A DNA stretch of 18,371 bases. It comes from Candidatus Hadarchaeota archaeon. Lineage in GTDB: Archaea; CAYQAE01; CAYVLA01. Below, piece after piece: positions 15,530-18,371 of the stretch. The position numbers and the translations under genes were made by a program. The stretch is from contig CAYVLA010000066.1 in assembly GCA_964452145.1 (NCBI GenBank), positions 1-18,371 of the forward strand, given 5' to 3'. The notes below the pieces were generated by a model. It saw only the letters and a list, made by a program, of their open reading frames with translations. It did not search any database and was not told where the DNA came from. Positions within the stretch are counted from its first letter, which is position 1; the number at the start of each line of letters is the position of its first letter.

Positions 15530-16221
15530 CTCGGGCGGCGCATCCTTCTGCACCCGGTCTCCGTGCCAACTATCACCGTGTCGGTCAACCCGGCGAATAT
15601 CCCACTGTCAACAACCCCGCACACGGCCTTGATCCGAGACTCAAGGTGAGCCGGATCGTCTATGGGTCCGAAGTCGCAATCAAGTATCAGGTTGCCATTA
15701 TCTGTTCTGAACCTTGCCTTTCCCCCGGTCGTCCTGAGCCGTGGGATCGCTCCCAGCTCCGATAGCTCCCTGCGCGCTGGGGCAAGGCCAAAGGGCACGA
15801 CCTCGACCGGCACCGGGAAGCCCGTGCCCAGTCTCTCCACAAGCTTCGATTCGTCCACTATGATGACAACCCTGTCGCTTGCCTTGGCTACGATCTTCTC
15901 CCTCACGTGTGCCCCTCCGCCTCCTTTGATCAGGTTTAGGTCAGGATCAACCTGATCGGCTCCGTCCACATCCATATCAAGCTTCTGGTGCTCATCCAAG
16001 GAGGTGAGGGGGATGCCAAGGCTCTTGGCAAGACCCAGGGTTGCGGTAGAGGTCGGCACCCCGAGGATTCTCAGGCCCTCGTCGTCAATACGTCTCGAGA
16101 GCTCCGAGAGGAAATGCTGAACAGTCGAGCCCGTGCCAAGGCCGAGAACCATGCCATCCCTGACCATCCGGGCGGCCTCGATCGCCGCGTTGCGCCTCGA
16201 GGTCTCCTTTAGCCGGACCAT
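15526..16221 (-). CDS. rpiA: Ribose-5-phosphate isomerase A
   Basis: GLGTGST, DGADQVD, LIKGGGGAHVREK, PVEV, TDNGN, GVVDSGIF. Confidence 0.97.
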   Translation of the reverse strand: MVRLKETSRRNAAIEAARMVRDGMVLGLGTGSTVQHFLSELSRRIDDEGLRILGVPTSTATLGLAKSLGIPLTSLDEHQKLDMDVDGADQVDPDLNLIKGGGGAHVREKIVAKASDRVVIIVDESKLVERLGTGFPVPVEVVPFGLAPARRELSELGAIPRLRTTGGKARFRTDNGNLILDCDFGPIDDPAHLESRIKAVCGVVDSGIFAGLTDTVIVGTETGCRRMRRPS

Positions 16222-16303
16222 GTCGGTGATCGTTAATTCCGGGCCTGATAATGCTTTGGTAGTAAGTAGTATTCAGGTGACCAGAGGAGTCTTGGCGAGA
16301 GCG

Positions 16304-16669
16304 CTACTCGGAGCCCTTAAGCGTATCCGATATAGTTGTCCTCTTGCCCTTCCTCACGAACGAGATGGTCGGCTCGATGCCCCTGATCTTCCTCTCTATG
16401 GCCTTGATGATTACCTTGTCGATTCTGTACTGTATTCTCTTCTGGACCACGAGGCCTATGATGGTCTCCTCGATTCTCTCGGCGATCCCGGGGGCAGAGG
16501 AATGGATATCCCTGAGGTACTTGACGGCGTCGGGCGTCAAGACCCCCCCAAGTATTCGGTCGATCTCCTGGCGCTCGCGCTCCTTGTGCTCATCGCAAAA
16601 CTTCCTCTCCTTGAGCCTCCTCTGCATCTCGGCGATCTTGCGTCTACGTATCTGCTCTATGTCGTCCAT
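16304..16669 (-). CDS. PDCD5/dsDNA-binding-protein-like protein, divergent
   Basis: DIEQIRRRKIAEMQ, ILxxVLTPDA, P-x2-A-x2-IE-x2-II-x-L and I-x2-RID match the PDCD5 helical pattern. Confidence 0.7.
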   Translation of the reverse strand: MDDIEQIRRRKIAEMQRRLKERKFCDEHKERERQEIDRILGGVLTPDAVKYLRDIHSSAPGIAERIEETIIGLVVQKRIQYRIDKVIIKAIERKIRGIEPTISFVRKGKRTTISDTLKGSE

Positions 16670-16678
16670 CGTGAATCA

Positions 16679-17860
16679 CTACAGGACTCCTCTCAGCTTC
16701 CAAAGGAGCCGCGGAGACGTGCCGGACATGGCCCTGAGCATCCCCAACGTGGTGAACTCGACATCGGACGCCTTCCGGAAGGCCTTCGCGATGCGGTCAA
16801 GCTCCTCGTCCTCAAGCTCCATGTAGACCTCCTTCGCCTTAAGGAGCTTCCGATGGTAGTTGCCGACCGCCTCAATCCATTGGTCGTCGTAGGGCACTAG
16901 AGCCCGCCTTGAGAAGTCTTCTCCCCTGACAATCGCGCCTGCAACCTCGCCCGCGATCTTGCCGCACTTCACCGATGAGGCGATGCCCCCGCCGGTTATG
17001 GGGTTCACCTGCCTAGCAGCGTCCCCGACCAGCATGACGTTGTCCGCCACGGCAGACTCGAGCGGCCCGCAGACCGGGACGCCTCCTGCCTTGACCTCTA
17101 TTATGGTTCCCCTCCTGAATCTGTCGGCAACCGCCGGGTTGCGCAGGAATTCGGCAAGGTACTCTATGGCCGGCTTCTTCGCCATCTTGGGAATGACTGC
17201 AAGCCCAACGTTGGCCCGGTTCTCCCCCTTGGGGAATGTCCACGCATAGCCTCCTGGAGCATAACACCGACCGAAGAACATCTCGATGTCGTCCTTGACG
17301 TCGATGTCCACCATCTCATACTCGATCCCGGATTCTATGTCGTCCAGGCCCAGATGCGTGTCAATTCCCGCCCAGCGGCCAACCTTGGACATGACCCCGT
17401 CGGCGCCGATGACGATCTTAGCCTCGATCTCCTTCGGGTCCCCGAACTCCTCATAGGACACGATCGCTCTGCCCGTCTCACGCCTCAGACCGACGGCCCG
17501 GCAGCAGAGCCTGATCTGGGCACCCCCTCGGGCTGCCAGCGAGGCCAGGTGTCTGTCGAATATCTTCCTCTCAAGGACGTAGCCGAAGTTGAACCCGCGG
17601 ACATTCTGCTTCAGATTGACGACGATGCCGGAGGGGGATATCATCTTCACGTTCTCGATCCGCTTGGCAATCCAGGGGCCCTCCCCGATCCCGAGCAGAT
17701 CCAGCACCTCTGAAGACACGCCCTCTGCACATTGCACGGGCTCACCAATCTCTGCCCTCTTCTCCAGGACAACCGTTTCAGAACCCTTCTCCGCGGCAAA
17801 GCGAGCGGAGGTGGATCCCGCCGGGCCTGCACCGATGACCAGGACATCAGTTCGCTCCAT
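16679..17860 (-). CDS. Digeranylgeranylglycerophospholipid reductase (geranylgeranyl reductase family)
   Basis: GAGPAG FAD motif, PVQCAE, IGADG, PGGYAWTFPKG (PxxYxWxFP), GDAARQVNPITGGGI; AGGAGG SD. Confidence 0.93.
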   Translation of the reverse strand: MERTDVLVIGAGPAGSTSARFAAEKGSETVVLEKRAEIGEPVQCAEGVSSEVLDLLGIGEGPWIAKRIENVKMISPSGIVVNLKQNVRGFNFGYVLERKIFDRHLASLAARGGAQIRLCCRAVGLRRETGRAIVSYEEFGDPKEIEAKIVIGADGVMSKVGRWAGIDTHLGLDDIESGIEYEMVDIDVKDDIEMFFGRCYAPGGYAWTFPKGENRANVGLAVIPKMAKKPAIEYLAEFLRNPAVADRFRRGTIIEVKAGGVPVCGPLESAVADNVMLVGDAARQVNPITGGGIASSVKCGKIAGEVAGAIVRGEDFSRRALVPYDDQWIEAVGNYHRKLLKAKEVYMELEDEELDRIAKAFRKASDVEFTTLGMLRAMSGTSPRLLWKLRGVL

Positions 17861-18041
17861 GCTTATCCTCCCTCCTGCGGCTTATGGCCCCGAGCGGACA
17901 GGTCTTGACGCAGACCAGACAAGCGTTGCACTTGGATTGGCTGTAGGTGATGTCGAACTCCGAGATGTCGATGGCATCTCGGTCGCAGACGGCGGCGCAC
18001 GCACCACACCTGAGACACTTGTTCAATCTGATCTCGATCAA
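17847..18041 (-). CDS. 2[4Fe-4S] ferredoxin, likely electron donor to the geranylgeranyl reductase
   Basis: CLRCGACAAVCD and CNACLVCVKTCP motifs. Start placed at TTG 18041, downstream of the TATA box; stop overlaps the reductase start. Confidence 0.85.
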   Translation of the reverse strand: MIEIRLNKCLRCGACAAVCDRDAIDISEFDITYSQSKCNACLVCVKTCPLGAISRRREDKHGAN

Positions 18042-18072
18042 CAGATAACCTACAGGGTCCACTCCCGGTCTT

Positions 18073-18088
18073 CTAATAAATCGTTTCG
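18073..18088 (-). promoter_or_regulatory. BRE plus TATA box of the ferredoxin-GGR-PDCD5-like operon
   Basis: Minus strand reads CGAAACGA-TTTATTAG, about 31 nt before TTG 18041. Confidence 0.6.
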
Positions 18089-18371
18089 GCCCCAGAGATT
18101 TGAGTCCCCCCACTCCTGCCCGATTGGGGCTTTTCTCGAACTCGTGAGCTTGTGATGTCCGTCCCCAACGCGCACTGCAGGTTAGGATGGAAGCCACCGT
18201 GATGCGCTCTCACACATGGGACTTGTGTTGTTGGCCCGATCTGGCACGATCCTCCCATCCATGATCCCCGTGGAGCGGTTGGCAGGGCCATTCGCTAGCG
18301 CAGAGATTGGCCGACCAATCAGGTGGTTCACCCGCCCGTGATCAATGCCAGCCGGCCCCCCTGCTAAACCC

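Noticed and set aside
18090..18371. Non-coding tail with small hairpins (GATTGG-ccga-CCAATC), GTGATG motifs and a 72-aa ORF
   Set aside because: No complete C/D box pairs, cloverleaf or protein motif; context is cut by the window edge.
1..18371. Numerous antisense or overlapping ORFs; CRISPR arrays, tRNA and rRNA genes
   Set aside because: Shadow ORFs are expected opposite GC-rich genes and show no motifs; no regularly spaced repeats or structural RNA signatures were seen.

Overview
GC-rich archaeal chromosomal segment with TATA/BRE promoters, GGAGG/GGTGA Shine-Dalgarno (SD) sites and frequent TTG/GTG starts. Left to right on the + strand: the 3' part of an FG-GAP beta-propeller surface protein, an enolase-superfamily enzyme, the conserved replication/translation cluster (Rpa3-like OB protein, PCNA, Gins51, eL42/L44e, eS27, aIF2-alpha, Nop10, PAC2) and eS26. 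Next is a minus-strand three-gene operon (MacB/FtsX-type permease, ABC ATPase, membrane-anchored multi-zinc-finger protein). Then come a DUF2797-like protein with a PHP hydrolase, a 155-bp IS481-like remnant with flanking direct repeats, pyrG, a CitG-family gene, and on the minus strand rpiA, a PDCD5-like gene, geranylgeranyl reductase and its ferredoxin. The best candidate for an undescribed system is the ABC operon. Its ATPase and the 25-Cys membrane protein each carry a paralogous CDC48-Nc (beta-clam)-like domain, and its fused permease has an extracytoplasmic domain in only one half. Also notable are a C-terminal PIP box on the DUF2797-like protein, a probable CTG-start pyrG behind a Pro-rich uORF and an anti-SD sequence, and the miniature IS. 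All family assignments are motif recognition by eye; no database searches were run.
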